Source: Candidatus Bathyarchaeota archaeon (GTDB taxonomy: Archaea; Thermoproteota; Bathyarchaeia; Bathyarchaeales; Bathycorpusculaceae). From it: DNA of 64,000 nucleotides. The translations under genes were made by a program, and so were the position numbers. Shown in pieces: positions 30,362-39,706 of this stretch (within the stretch, counting starts at the first letter, position 1; every line of letters starts with the position of its first letter). The stretch is taken from NCBI GenBank assembly GCA_963717465.1, contig OY970340.1, positions 2,912,001 to 2,976,000 of the forward strand. Reading direction: 5' to 3'. Under the pieces are notes generated by a model that did no database searches, was not told the origin of the DNA, and saw nothing but the letters and a program-made list of their open reading frames with translations.

Positions 30362-30979
30362 TCAGGTTATTTTTTGTGCGCCAGCTGGCTTTTTTGATGA
30401 GTGATCTTTTGTATTTTTATTGGTGCGTGATTGTTTTGTGAGTTCAAAAAGGGCGTTCAAGTTTCGCAGCGAGAACGGCAGTGGAGCTGACTTGCCTGTA
30501 TGGAACATCAAGGCTTGTGTGGTAAAATCTTTTGGTCGGTGTTCCATTACCATTGATTCTTTTTGCCCTTCATTAAACAATTTTAGGTAATCATCGTAAC
30601 TCTTGTGAACAGACATGATAAACCAGTTATTTCCCGTTAAACCAATGTCCTCAAGGACGCACAACACCTGGGGATATTTTTTAAGCATTGCACGAAATTC
30701 AGAAGGATGAGCGGGGTTTACAGCCTCAGTCGTTGAAGCGAATGTAAATACGATAACGTTTAAGCCTAGCTTATGGAAATCAGGAATTACAGTGTATTCT
30801 TTTACGTAACCTTCCTGCTCCAACTTCCGCCTTCGCCTAGACAATGTCGTATTATTTATCCCAAGAGTTTTTGCAATTTCCCTATCACTTTTGCCGCCTA
30901 GCGCCATCATAGCAAACAAAACTCGTAGTTTTTCCTCAGTCTTTTTGTCTAATGGCCCCCCATTATCAGAACTGCTCAT
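30362..30979 (-). CDS. Lrp/AsnC-family regulator
   Basis: SDREIAKTLGINNTTLSRRRRKLEQEGYVKEYTVIPDFHKLG. Confidence 0.9.
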   Translation of the reverse strand: MSSSDNGGPLDKKTEEKLRVLFAMMALGGKSDREIAKTLGINNTTLSRRRRKLEQEGYVKEYTVIPDFHKLGLNVIVFTFASTTEAVNPAHPSEFRAMLKKYPQVLCVLEDIGLTGNNWFIMSVHKSYDDYLKLFNEGQKESMVMEHRPKDFTTQALMFHTGKSAPLPFSLRNLNALFELTKQSRTNKNTKDHSSKKPAGAQKIT

Positions 30980-31159
30980 AAAACGAGATGATATCTTATT
31001 ACAGTTTTAAATTTTTGTATCATTGTTTTTAATCAGAAAATGGGAATCGGTGCAAAAACCAAAAGACATGGGACATAAAGAATTATGCACATAAAAAGTG
31101 AACCTGGGAACATAGCACACCCTCGCCTAATTTGCAAGAACAGCAGATAAGCTAATGAT

Positions 31160-31645
31160 TTAGTTTACACCCAAAATGCCGCTGTAGGGAACATCGCTAC
31201 TATACTCCGCTGGCTGCGATGAGTCTTCAAGTCTGAAGTATCCGAGTTTGAGGACTTTAATGCGCCACTTGCCGTCATTTCCCTTCTCGAAATCATAGAG
31301 GTAGTAGCCATATCCCTTCATGACATCGCCTGTAGGTTTTGTTAAAACATCGTTTAGTACACATCTGCCAACCGCGGTAGTTGGGCTCGTAAGCACGATT
31401 TTATACTGATGTCCCTGATGTGCTGATACTTGATCTTCAAGAGAACCCCGCACGGTTTTGACAAACTCATCTCCGCCCTGACTCATCAGACTACCCATAG
31501 CATAGAACTCCAAATCATTCGTGAATAAACCTCGCCATTTATCCCACTGCTTAGTATCCAGGTACCACCAGTAATCTGCAAGCAGTTCCCTAAGCGCCTC
31601 CTTATCTGCAAGTTCGGCAACTTTTCGACTAAGTTCATCACTCAT
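31160..31645 (-). CDS. NTF2/SnoaL_4-fold dehydratase (BaiE/LinA/scytalone dehydratase-like)
   Basis: DKEALRELLADYWWYLDTKQWD, SAHQGH, TTAVGR..LND, GKWRI...GYFR. Confidence 0.85.
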   Translation of the reverse strand: MSDELSRKVAELADKEALRELLADYWWYLDTKQWDKWRGLFTNDLEFYAMGSLMSQGGDEFVKTVRGSLEDQVSAHQGHQYKIVLTSPTTAVGRCVLNDVLTKPTGDVMKGYGYYLYDFEKGNDGKWRIKVLKLGYFRLEDSSQPAEYSSDVPYSGILGVN

Positions 31646-31736
31646 TTCTTCATTTCTCCATAACTATATTTTTTTTCTGCAATGTTAAGTAGGACAATTT
31701 TTTAGATAAAACTTTCCAGAGTCTAAGGGAAGTTTT

Positions 31737-32790
31737 ATTCCATTTTGTGTCTAAAAATCATATTTTTTTCGATTTTGTAGATTTTTTGTATTTTATTTTT
31801 CTTTTTTGTTTAATGTATCTTTCTTCGCCATTAGTCATGCATAACATCTGCGCGCTGGATAATATGGAGTTGAATTGATACTGCACAATAAAGCTTAAAA
31901 CAATTGTCAAGCACTTTATTAAGTGAATTAAACTTGACCAAGCATAAGGCGTTAAGCGGCAAAGCCGATCAAAATTTGAAGAAGCTCGCGCTTGCTTTAT
32001 TAGCGCAAAGTGGTAAAAGTGATCGAGCGGTTGCCAAGGTCTTAGGTATAAATCACTCAACGCTATCAAAAAGAAGACAAAAATTAGAACGCGAAGGCTA
32101 CGTAAAAGAATATACTTTTTTGCCAAACCTACATAAATTGGGACTCGGCGTTATCATATTTTCAATCTCTTCAACTTCTGATGTAGTGCCCCCGGAGGAT
32201 CTTAAGACTCTGCATGAATACACACAGAAAATTCCCCAAATGATTTGTTTCTTAGAAGAGAATGATGTTGAAGGAACAAGTTGGTTTTCCGTGACTGTGC
32301 ATAAGAGTTATGATGATTTCGTCGAACTATCCAATAAAGTGCGAAAAGAATTATGTGCTCAGCATAACGTACTGCATGTCGAATCAAAACGTCTCGTATT
32401 TCGTACAGAAAAACTTTATCCAAAACCTCTCTCATTCCGACACTTAGAAGAGGTATTTCAGCTTACACACACATTAGACCACTTAGAAGATGTATTTCAA
32501 CCAATAGATACGTTAAACCAAACGCATAAGAGAAAGAACAAAAAGCAGATTTCATAAGCTTACAAAATCCTCAATTAACACTTTAACGTGCGATCCCAAA
32601 TGATTCATTCAACTGTTTGCACAGTACGATAATACTTTTAAAAATATTTCTTCTTGCAGTAAGAAAAAAATCGTGCTTGTGGATTTTTTCTAAACCTACA
32701 AGAAAATCTCATTCCATTATGTCTCTAAAAATCTTATTTTTTGCGATTTTGTTTATTTTTTCATTTCACTTTTTCCTTTTTGTCTAAAAT
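31737..32790. repeat. 80-bp direct duplication: 31737-31816 and 32711-32790
   Basis: Ungapped hand alignment gives 44/50 identity over the first 50 nt and 64/80 overall. Confidence 0.85.
31904..32557 (+). CDS. Lrp/AsnC-family regulator (paralog of 30362-30979)
   Basis: SDRAVAKVLGINHSTLSKRRQKLEREGYVKEYTFLPNLHKLG; both share VHKSYDD. Confidence 0.9.
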   Translation: MSSTLLSELNLTKHKALSGKADQNLKKLALALLAQSGKSDRAVAKVLGINHSTLSKRRQKLEREGYVKEYTFLPNLHKLGLGVIIFSISSTSDVVPPEDLKTLHEYTQKIPQMICFLEENDVEGTSWFSVTVHKSYDDFVELSNKVRKELCAQHNVLHVESKRLVFRTEKLYPKPLSFRHLEEVFQLTHTLDHLEDVFQPIDTLNQTHKRKNKKQIS

Positions 32791-32864
32791 TTCTCCTTTT
32801 TTTGAACCTAAACTTCTTATGCACAGAAATTGCATAAAACGAATCAAATAAGGGGCGAAAATAG

Positions 32865-34590
32865 ATGGGAACAAATAATAATTTTAAGAAATGGGATATT
32901 GAAACCGACGTTGTTGTCGTAGGTTCTGGGGCTTCTGGTTTATGCGCAGCTAACGTTGCATCTCTTGAAGGCGCAAAGAAAGTTGTTGTGCTGGAGAAGA
33001 CCGAAATGATCGGTGGAGCAACAACTTATTCTGGAGGCGGCGCTTGGGTACCTAACAATAAATTCCTCAGAATGGGCTACAAAGTCGAAGTCTGGGATCC
33101 AATAAAGAAAGTTTGGAATTGGAAGCGGATCGATAACGAAGAAGGCCAACAGATGGCCAAAAGGTATGCAAAAAGATGCTCACTTGGATATTCAACCGAT
33201 GAACTCATAGAAACATACATAGATAATGCATGGAAGATGGCTGACTATCTTGAAGACCACACACATGTAAAATGGACTCACTGTAGACTAATGCCTGAAT
33301 ATTATCCAGACTGGGACGGCGCAGTAAAAGCAGGCAGAACCATAGAACCAATAGCCTTTGACACCAAAACAATGCCGCCTGAACTAGTTGAGAAACTTCG
33401 AATTATGCCACAGGGCTTTCCAGTAGTGATTGATGAAACGACAAGTGGGGCGGACTCAACACGATTGGAACTGAAGGCGCATGGGACTTTGGAATCGTAC
33501 TTGAAAGAGGAAATAACAACATTATCTCCATGGGACTTTCTTTAATAGCACTACTCGCATGGACATGCTACGATAATAAAATCGACATCATGACTAAAAC
33601 ACCTGCTAAACACTTAGTCACAGAAAATGGCCAAGTTGTCGGCTTAATCGCAGAAAAAGACGGCAAAGAAATAGCAATCCACGCTAAAAAAGGAGTAATC
33701 ATGTGCGCTGGCGGATTTGAATGGAACCCAAAATTCATCAAAGCCTTTACAAGAGGACCACTAATTGGACCAATGCCCGGACCACACAACACTGGCGATG
33801 GACAACGCATAGGAATGGAAGCTGGAGCACAACTGTCACAGATGCAAGACGCATGGTATTTCCCAACATGCTACTTCCCCGGAGATACATACGAAGGCCA
33901 ACCATCTTACAGAACCATCATGTACGATAAAGTTGCCCCAGGAACAATATGGGTCAACAAATACGGAAAACGATTCACAGACGAAGGCCAAAACTACAGA
34001 AGCGTAATGAGAACATTACAACAATACGATGCAATAAAACATGAATGGACAAATCATCCCTCCTGGATGATTTTTAACGAGTCTTGCCACAAAACCCATT
34101 TAATCGCTCAGATTCCAATGGACCAAGACCTACCAGACCCACCGTTTAAAAAGGAAATACTCTAAAAGAGTTAGCTGAGAAATGCGGCATGGATCCCGCT
34201 GGCTTAGAGGAAACAGTGAAGAACTTTAACAAATATGCAAAAGAAGGCAAAGACCCAGAGTTCCATCGAGGCGAAAGCTACTATGACTGGTTCTACGGAG
34301 ACAAAATAGGCGAAAAACGAGGAATCTACAAGAATTCAACCCTAGGAACCATTGAGAAGCCACCGTACTACGCAATCCAAGTTCTCCCCGGAGCTCTTGG
34401 CACCGCAGGAGGCATAGCGATAAACAAATATGGCCAAGCACTCGACTGGAATGACAAACCAATACCAGGCCTATATGCAGCCGGAAACAACTCGGGATGC
34501 GTTTTAGGCTGGGGTTATCCTGGCGGTGGATCTACAATAGGACCCGCACTCACCATGGCTTACATAGCGGGAAAAGAAATCGTAAAATAA
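32865..34590 (+). CDS. FAD-dependent oxidoreductase, 3-ketosteroid delta-1-dehydrogenase (KstD)-like; two frameshifts (near 33438 and 34152)
   Basis: VVVVGSGASG, GGATTYSGGGAWVPNN, GGFEWN, TGDG, GKRFTDEGQNY, GLYAAGN, YPGGGSTIG. Confidence 0.85.
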
Positions 34591-34779
34591 CATACTCTGC
34601 TGACTTTCAAAGGAAAGTTGATATCGAGTCAAATGATCCAAAAGCATCTACCATACTCAACGCCGATTAGTGATTGTGCGGTGGAAGAATAGTGACGGGG
34701 CAGGGCAAAGTAGTGGTTTTATCCCATTCCGCTACTCCCCTTCCCCCATAAAACGCAAAAACAGCTAATCTATTAAGGC

Positions 34780-34799
34780 GGTGAAGAAATTACTTCACC
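34780..34799. terminator. Hairpin GGTGAAG-N6-CTTCACC just downstream of ahcY
   Basis: Perfect 7-bp stem between convergent genes. Confidence 0.4.
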
Positions 34800-34820
34800 T
34801 TAGATTAAAATATAAGGACG

Positions 34821-36077
34821 TTAAGTTGTTCCCATTTCCCATGTTGAGAGGTATTTTTTCTGCTCTTCAGTTAACTCGTCGATTTTAACATCCATTGCTT
34901 TTAGCTTTAGTTCAGCGACTGCTTCATCTATTTCTTTGGGAACAGAGTAAACTTTCGGCTGAAGCTTTGCTGTTTTTGCGATGTATTCTGAGCTTAATGC
35001 TTGATTAGCAAAGGACATATCCATAACTTCAGATGGGTGCCCTTCTGCCGCGGCTAAGTTTACGAGTCTTCCTTCAGCCAAAAGGTACAGTTTTCTTCCA
35101 TTCTTTAGTGTGTATTCTTCAAGGTTTGGTCTCATCGTTCTTTTTGAAGTTGAAAGTGCTTCTAGATCTTTTATGTTGACTTCTACGTTGAAGTGTCCGC
35201 TGTTGGCCATTATTGCGCCGTCTTTCATTTTTTGCATGTGTTCTTTTCTTACGACGCTGATGTCTCCGGTGGCAGTGACGAATATGTCGCCTATCGCAGC
35301 TGCTTCTGACATAGGCATGACTCTTAAGCCGTTCATTACTGCCTCTAATGCTTTTGTAGGCTGAACTTCAGTGACGATAACATTGGCTCCTAATCCTTGG
35401 GCTCGCATAGCTATGCCTCTTGAACACCATCCGTATCCGCCCACAACAAAATTCTTGCCTGCTAAAAGCGTGTTAGTCGCTCTTAATATGCCATCAATGG
35501 TGCTTTGCCCTGTCCCGTAACGGTTGTCAAAAAGATGCTTCGTGTAAGCATCATTCACAGCAATGATAGGATACTTGAGACTTCCATCCATTTCCATTGC
35601 TCTAAGCCTGATGACGCCAGTTGTGGTTTCTTCAGTTCCACCTTTGAGATTCTTTAATTCCTTTGCTCTTTTGCTGTGTAAGGTGCCAACTAGGTCTGCG
35701 CCGTCATCAAGAGTTACAACGGGCTTGTAATCTAAAACATTGTTGATGCATTTGTAGTATTCATCAGTGTTTTGTCCTCGCCAAGCGAAAACATTTACGC
35801 CTTTGTCAGCTAAGGCTGCGGCGACATCGTCTTGAGTTGAAAGAGGGTTTGAACCGCATAACGCGATTTTTGCCCCTCCAGCAATTAAAGTATCTACAAG
35901 AACCGCTGTTTCTTTAGTGACATGAAGACAAGCGCCTAAAGTTAAGCCTTTTAACGGTTTTTCTTCATTAAACCTTTTTCGTACCAATTTTAAAACGGGC
36001 ATGTGACGTGAAGACCACTCAATCTGCAAGTGACCTTGCGGAGCTAACGATTTATCTTTAACTTGAAATTCTTCCAA
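34821..36077 (-). CDS. ahcY: Adenosylhomocysteinase
   Basis: [42 protein letters not shown]. Confidence 0.98.
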   Translation of the reverse strand: MEEFQVKDKSLAPQGHLQIEWSSRHMPVLKLVRKRFNEEKPLKGLTLGACLHVTKETAVLVDTLIAGGAKIALCGSNPLSTQDDVAAALADKGVNVFAWRGQNTDEYYKCINNVLDYKPVVTLDDGADLVGTLHSKRAKELKNLKGGTEETTTGVIRLRAMEMDGSLKYPIIAVNDAYTKHLFDNRYGTGQSTIDGILRATNTLLAGKNFVVGGYGWCSRGIAMRAQGLGANVIVTEVQPTKALEAVMNGLRVMPMSEAAAIGDIFVTATGDISVVRKEHMQKMKDGAIMANSGHFNVEVNIKDLEALSTSKRTMRPNLEEYTLKNGRKLYLLAEGRLVNLAAAEGHPSEVMDMSFANQALSSEYIAKTAKLQPKVYSVPKEIDEAVAELKLKAMDVKIDELTEEQKKYLSTWEMGTT

Positions 36078-36236
36078 TAATATTACACCTATCCTTTATT
36101 TTGGCTGACATATTATTTAGTTTTATCTACTTAAAAATCCCTAATCAGTTAGCCGTATTTTGCTTGTTGCGTGTTTTTCTTTCTGAAACTTTTAAAAAGC
36201 TAAACTGCTTAATTCTGAGGAGAGGATGAAGTATTC

Positions 36237-37349
36237 TTGAGTGATGCTAGCACTGTTAAGTTAACAAAGGATGCTATTCATCAGTACCTTTCTGCATTGC
36301 ATGGTGAAGAGGTAGAAGTTCAAAAAGTTTGGCGATTAGGCGAGACCCCCGGCACTTCAACCGATTTAAAGGGGTTCGGTTACGGTTTCCCATACGCTAT
36401 TGAGTTCAAGGTCAACGGGAAAGTCAAGCGCGTGGTTCTCGAGACTATGCGGCCGACAGAGGGGTTTGGACATGACCACTTTTCCGATCGAGCTCAAGTT
36501 CTGATCTGGCAAAACTCGGCTTTCAATAAGCTTCCAAAACATGTTCGCTCAGTAGATGTTGGCGCGTTTGAAGAAACGGGCACGTTAAAATCAGTTGGCA
36601 ACTGTTCTGAATTCTTTATTCTAACTGAGTTTATCGAGGGAAAACTTTACCATTTGGATTTAGATCGACTAAAAGCTTCAGGGGAAATGAGTGAGCTAGA
36701 TGAAAACCGTTGCATGGCCTTGTCGGATTATCTTGTGCAAATTCATAAGTCGAGGCATAATTCGCCTAATCTGTATATACGGCGTATCCGCGATTTAGTC
36801 GGGCATGGTGAATGCATAATGGGGTTACTTGATAGTTACCCCCGCGACTTCGCATATGTAAACAAGTCTTACTTTATAGACATTGAAAAAGAATGCATTA
36901 ATTGGCGGTGGCGCTTAAAAGAAAGAACGCACAGGCTAAGCCAAGTTCACGGCGATTTCCACCCTTGGAACTTATTGTTCCGTGAAGGAACAGATTTCAC
37001 TGTTCTGGATAGAAGCAGAGGCGAGTGGGGAGAACCAGCAGATGACGTTTCAGCACTTACCATTAACTACTTATTCTATTCACTGCAAAAGTACGGTGAA
37101 TTAAACGGTTGCTTTGAGCGACTGTTTAAACTTTTTTGGCAAAACTATCTACGCAAGACCGGCGATTCAGAAATCTTGGAAGTTATTCAGCCTTTTTACG
37201 CTTGGAGAAGCTTGGTCGTCGCCTCACCAATATGGTACCCGAACTTAAACGCGGATGTCAGAGTTAAACTGTTAAATTTCGCTCAAAACGTATTGCAGAA
37301 AGACAGGTTCGACTGGTTTGACGTAAACGCATACTTTGGAAACCACTAA
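36237..37349 (+). CDS. APH/choline-kinase-like phosphotransferase
   Basis: VHGDFHPWNLL, VLDRSRGEWGEPADD. Confidence 0.85.
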   Translation: MSDASTVKLTKDAIHQYLSALHGEEVEVQKVWRLGETPGTSTDLKGFGYGFPYAIEFKVNGKVKRVVLETMRPTEGFGHDHFSDRAQVLIWQNSAFNKLPKHVRSVDVGAFEETGTLKSVGNCSEFFILTEFIEGKLYHLDLDRLKASGEMSELDENRCMALSDYLVQIHKSRHNSPNLYIRRIRDLVGHGECIMGLLDSYPRDFAYVNKSYFIDIEKECINWRWRLKERTHRLSQVHGDFHPWNLLFREGTDFTVLDRSRGEWGEPADDVSALTINYLFYSLQKYGELNGCFERLFKLFWQNYLRKTGDSEILEVIQPFYAWRSLVVASPIWYPNLNADVRVKLLNFAQNVLQKDRFDWFDVNAYFGNH

Positions 37350-37435
37350 AACTTTCTAATGCACCCAGGGGATATATCTGGTTTCGGAATAAAGAGTATA
37401 AATACAGATTTATGATAGTGCATTCGGCGCATAAG

Positions 37436-37546
37436 ATGGAAATCGAAACCTGCGAAGATTTAAAGAAAGTTCTAAGGAGTTTTGACTACTCCAATACTGC
37501 TATAGCCCAGATTGCTAAATGGTACTGTGACACAAAAGACCGCTGA
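37436..37546 (+). CDS. 36-aa microprotein MEIETCEDLKKVLRSFDYSNTAIAQIAKWYCDTKDR
   Basis: Own translation; TATA-like TATAAATA upstream; helical amphipathic pattern. Confidence 0.5.
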   Translation: MEIETCEDLKKVLRSFDYSNTAIAQIAKWYCDTKDR

Positions 37547-37582
37547 ATATGTAATAGGATTATTCGATAGCGGTGCGAGTGC

Positions 37583-38608
37583 TTGAAAGAATCATCCAAA
37601 TGGAAATACATCAGTTATGCAACTTTGTTTGTTATCTTCCTTTCTTGCATTATTTCTCTTTCAGTCTCAAATAGTCTCAAAATCATAGCCATCATGCTGA
37701 CTTTGTTTGATGCTGCATGTTTTGTGATTTTTAGGGTTTTATCCACCTCTAAATTAGATGATGAAAATAGACAAATAGTTCCATTTCCAACAGAAAAAGA
37801 ATTTGAAGTCTTGAAGACTAAATCTCAGGCGACACGTCCTAATAATGATGAGTCGGAGATTAATAGCTGGATAACTAAGTGGAAGGAAATAAAACAACTC
37901 AACATACCTGCACAGCAGGATCATTTCTTTCTTGAGAGAAGATGCCTCGACGATTTCTCGAAAGAACTTATCTTACATGCTGAGGAAGAAGTCTTAATAG
38001 CAAACCCATTCTTTCGGCATTGCGATTTAAGCGACACTCTTCTCGAAACCAACCGAAAGGGGATCAGAGTCCAAATAATCACTCGCCCGCCCCAAGACGA
38101 AAATCCTGAATACCTCGAAAAAGGAAAACAGTATCACGAGGCGCTAAAACATGAAGGCATAGATCTTTTTTACGACGACCAAATGCACACAAAAATAATA
38201 ATAGTCGATAGGGAAGTTGCGATAGTTTCGTCCATGAACTTCTTGGGAAATTCATCAGCTGGTGTCTCATGGGAAACAGGTCTCGTCACCATGAACCCCG
38301 AAGTTGTTGAGTCAATAGTTAACGCCTTTACTAAGGCACTACACCTCAGCAGTCTTTACCAAAGCAAAACCTCAGAATTGGCAGAAGAAAGAATTAATCA
38401 ACAATATGTCATTAAAGAAAAATCATACACTATTGAAAAGGTGCGTCAGAAGTTCCTTAGAGCTTATGAACCATGGACTACTGGCGAAGATAATCAACTC
38501 AAAACAGAATACGGACAAGGTCTAAAAATAGCCGAAATAGCGAAGATACACAAAAGGCAAAGAGGTGCAATACGTTCGAGACTTGTGAAATTAGGTCTTA
38601 GCAGCTAG
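37583..38608 (+). CDS. Two N-terminal TMs + single-HKD phospholipase D/nuclease domain + C-terminal HTH-like domain
   Basis: MHTKIIIVDREVAIVSSMN...E; AYEPWTTGEDNQL...IAEIAKIHKRQRGAIRSRL. Confidence 0.8.
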   Translation: MKESSKWKYISYATLFVIFLSCIISLSVSNSLKIIAIMLTLFDAACFVIFRVLSTSKLDDENRQIVPFPTEKEFEVLKTKSQATRPNNDESEINSWITKWKEIKQLNIPAQQDHFFLERRCLDDFSKELILHAEEEVLIANPFFRHCDLSDTLLETNRKGIRVQIITRPPQDENPEYLEKGKQYHEALKHEGIDLFYDDQMHTKIIIVDREVAIVSSMNFLGNSSAGVSWETGLVTMNPEVVESIVNAFTKALHLSSLYQSKTSELAEERINQQYVIKEKSYTIEKVRQKFLRAYEPWTTGEDNQLKTEYGQGLKIAEIAKIHKRQRGAIRSRLVKLGLSS

Positions 38609-38712
38609 TTGGACCCGAAACAAATCTTTCTGCTCTAACAGAATGGGCACAAAGTCTTAATTTTAGCTCCAAACATCTATATTGCAACCAAAACTTAGGC
38701 GGAAAACACTTT

Positions 38713-39255
38713 ATGGAAAAGGGTTGGTGTGTTTGGGTCACTGGTTTACCTGGCAGCGGCAAATCTGTAGTTTCGCGTTTGCTGATTAAGCTTCTTGAGA
38801 GTAAACACATCTCTGTACAACTATTATCCTCGGATGAATTACGCAAGATTCTCACGCCTAAACCAACTTATTCACTTGAGGAACGCGATGTAGTTTACTC
38901 AACGCTTGTTTACATCGCCAAATTGTTAACAGAAAATGGCGTGAACGTTTTGATAGATGCCACAGGCAATCTAAGACGCTACAGGGACGAAGCTCGAGTC
39001 CAAATCCCTCGCTTTATAGAAGCTTACCTTGATTGCCCTGTTGAGGTATGCGTACAACGCGAAGCTAACCGGAAGAAAACTTACAATGCTCCCAGAAATA
39101 TTTACCTAGGCGCTGTAAAAGGAAAATCCTCCACTGTTCCAGGCATGGGGCAACCTTATGAGGCCCCTTTGCAGCCAGAAGTGATAGTGAATGCTGAATG
39201 CCCACCTCAAAGGGCAGCTGAAAAAATCCTAAAAGCGATTCTTGCGTTAATGTGA
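38713..39255 (+). CDS. Adenylyl-sulfate kinase-like P-loop kinase
   Basis: WVTGLPGSGKS, SDELRK, YLDCPVEVCVQRE, PGMGQPYEAP. Confidence 0.8.
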   Translation: MEKGWCVWVTGLPGSGKSVVSRLLIKLLESKHISVQLLSSDELRKILTPKPTYSLEERDVVYSTLVYIAKLLTENGVNVLIDATGNLRRYRDEARVQIPRFIEAYLDCPVEVCVQREANRKKTYNAPRNIYLGAVKGKSSTVPGMGQPYEAPLQPEVIVNAECPPQRAAEKILKAILALM

Positions 39256-39294
39256 CTAGTCTTTTCGTTTCTTTGAAAGTTTAGTCGTTTTAAT

Positions 39295-39597
39295 TTAGTG
39301 TTTCAGTTCAATTTTTTCGCGAAGAGTGTTTACATCTTTTATTTCTTCTTTCAAGTTGATGGTTTCACCCATCAATGGTCCAACGAAATTAGCAGGTATA
39401 GGAACGACAGCTTCTCTCCTAAAACCAGTCTTTATCCCATAAAGTTTTGCAACATCACTGTTTAAGACAACGTACAATGTTTTGACTGCCCAAGTCTTCT
39501 CGTCTATTTCAACGTCGTCAAGTTCGCCTATTTCCATGCCGTTTGCCGCTAGAACTTTTTTCCCTCTAAGGTCTTCTGATTTTACCATATTCATCAA
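39295..39597 (-). CDS. PRC-barrel domain protein
   Basis: DLRGKKVLAANGMEIGELDDVEID. Confidence 0.85.
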   Translation of the reverse strand: MMNMVKSEDLRGKKVLAANGMEIGELDDVEIDEKTWAVKTLYVVLNSDVAKLYGIKTGFRREAVVPIPANFVGPLMGETINLKEEIKDVNTLREKIELKH

Positions 39598-39706
39598 ATA
39601 ATCAATTTATTTTAGCCGTGTAAAAGCCTTTGTAGCATCATTGAGTTTACAACATTAAAATTCTAGCATAACAAAGAGAGATAAGCAGTTTTAGAGCAAC
39701 AGAATT

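Noticed and set aside
38713..39255. Assigning cysC and sulfate assimilation
   Set aside because: No sat/cysH nearby, and similarity alone does not establish the substrate
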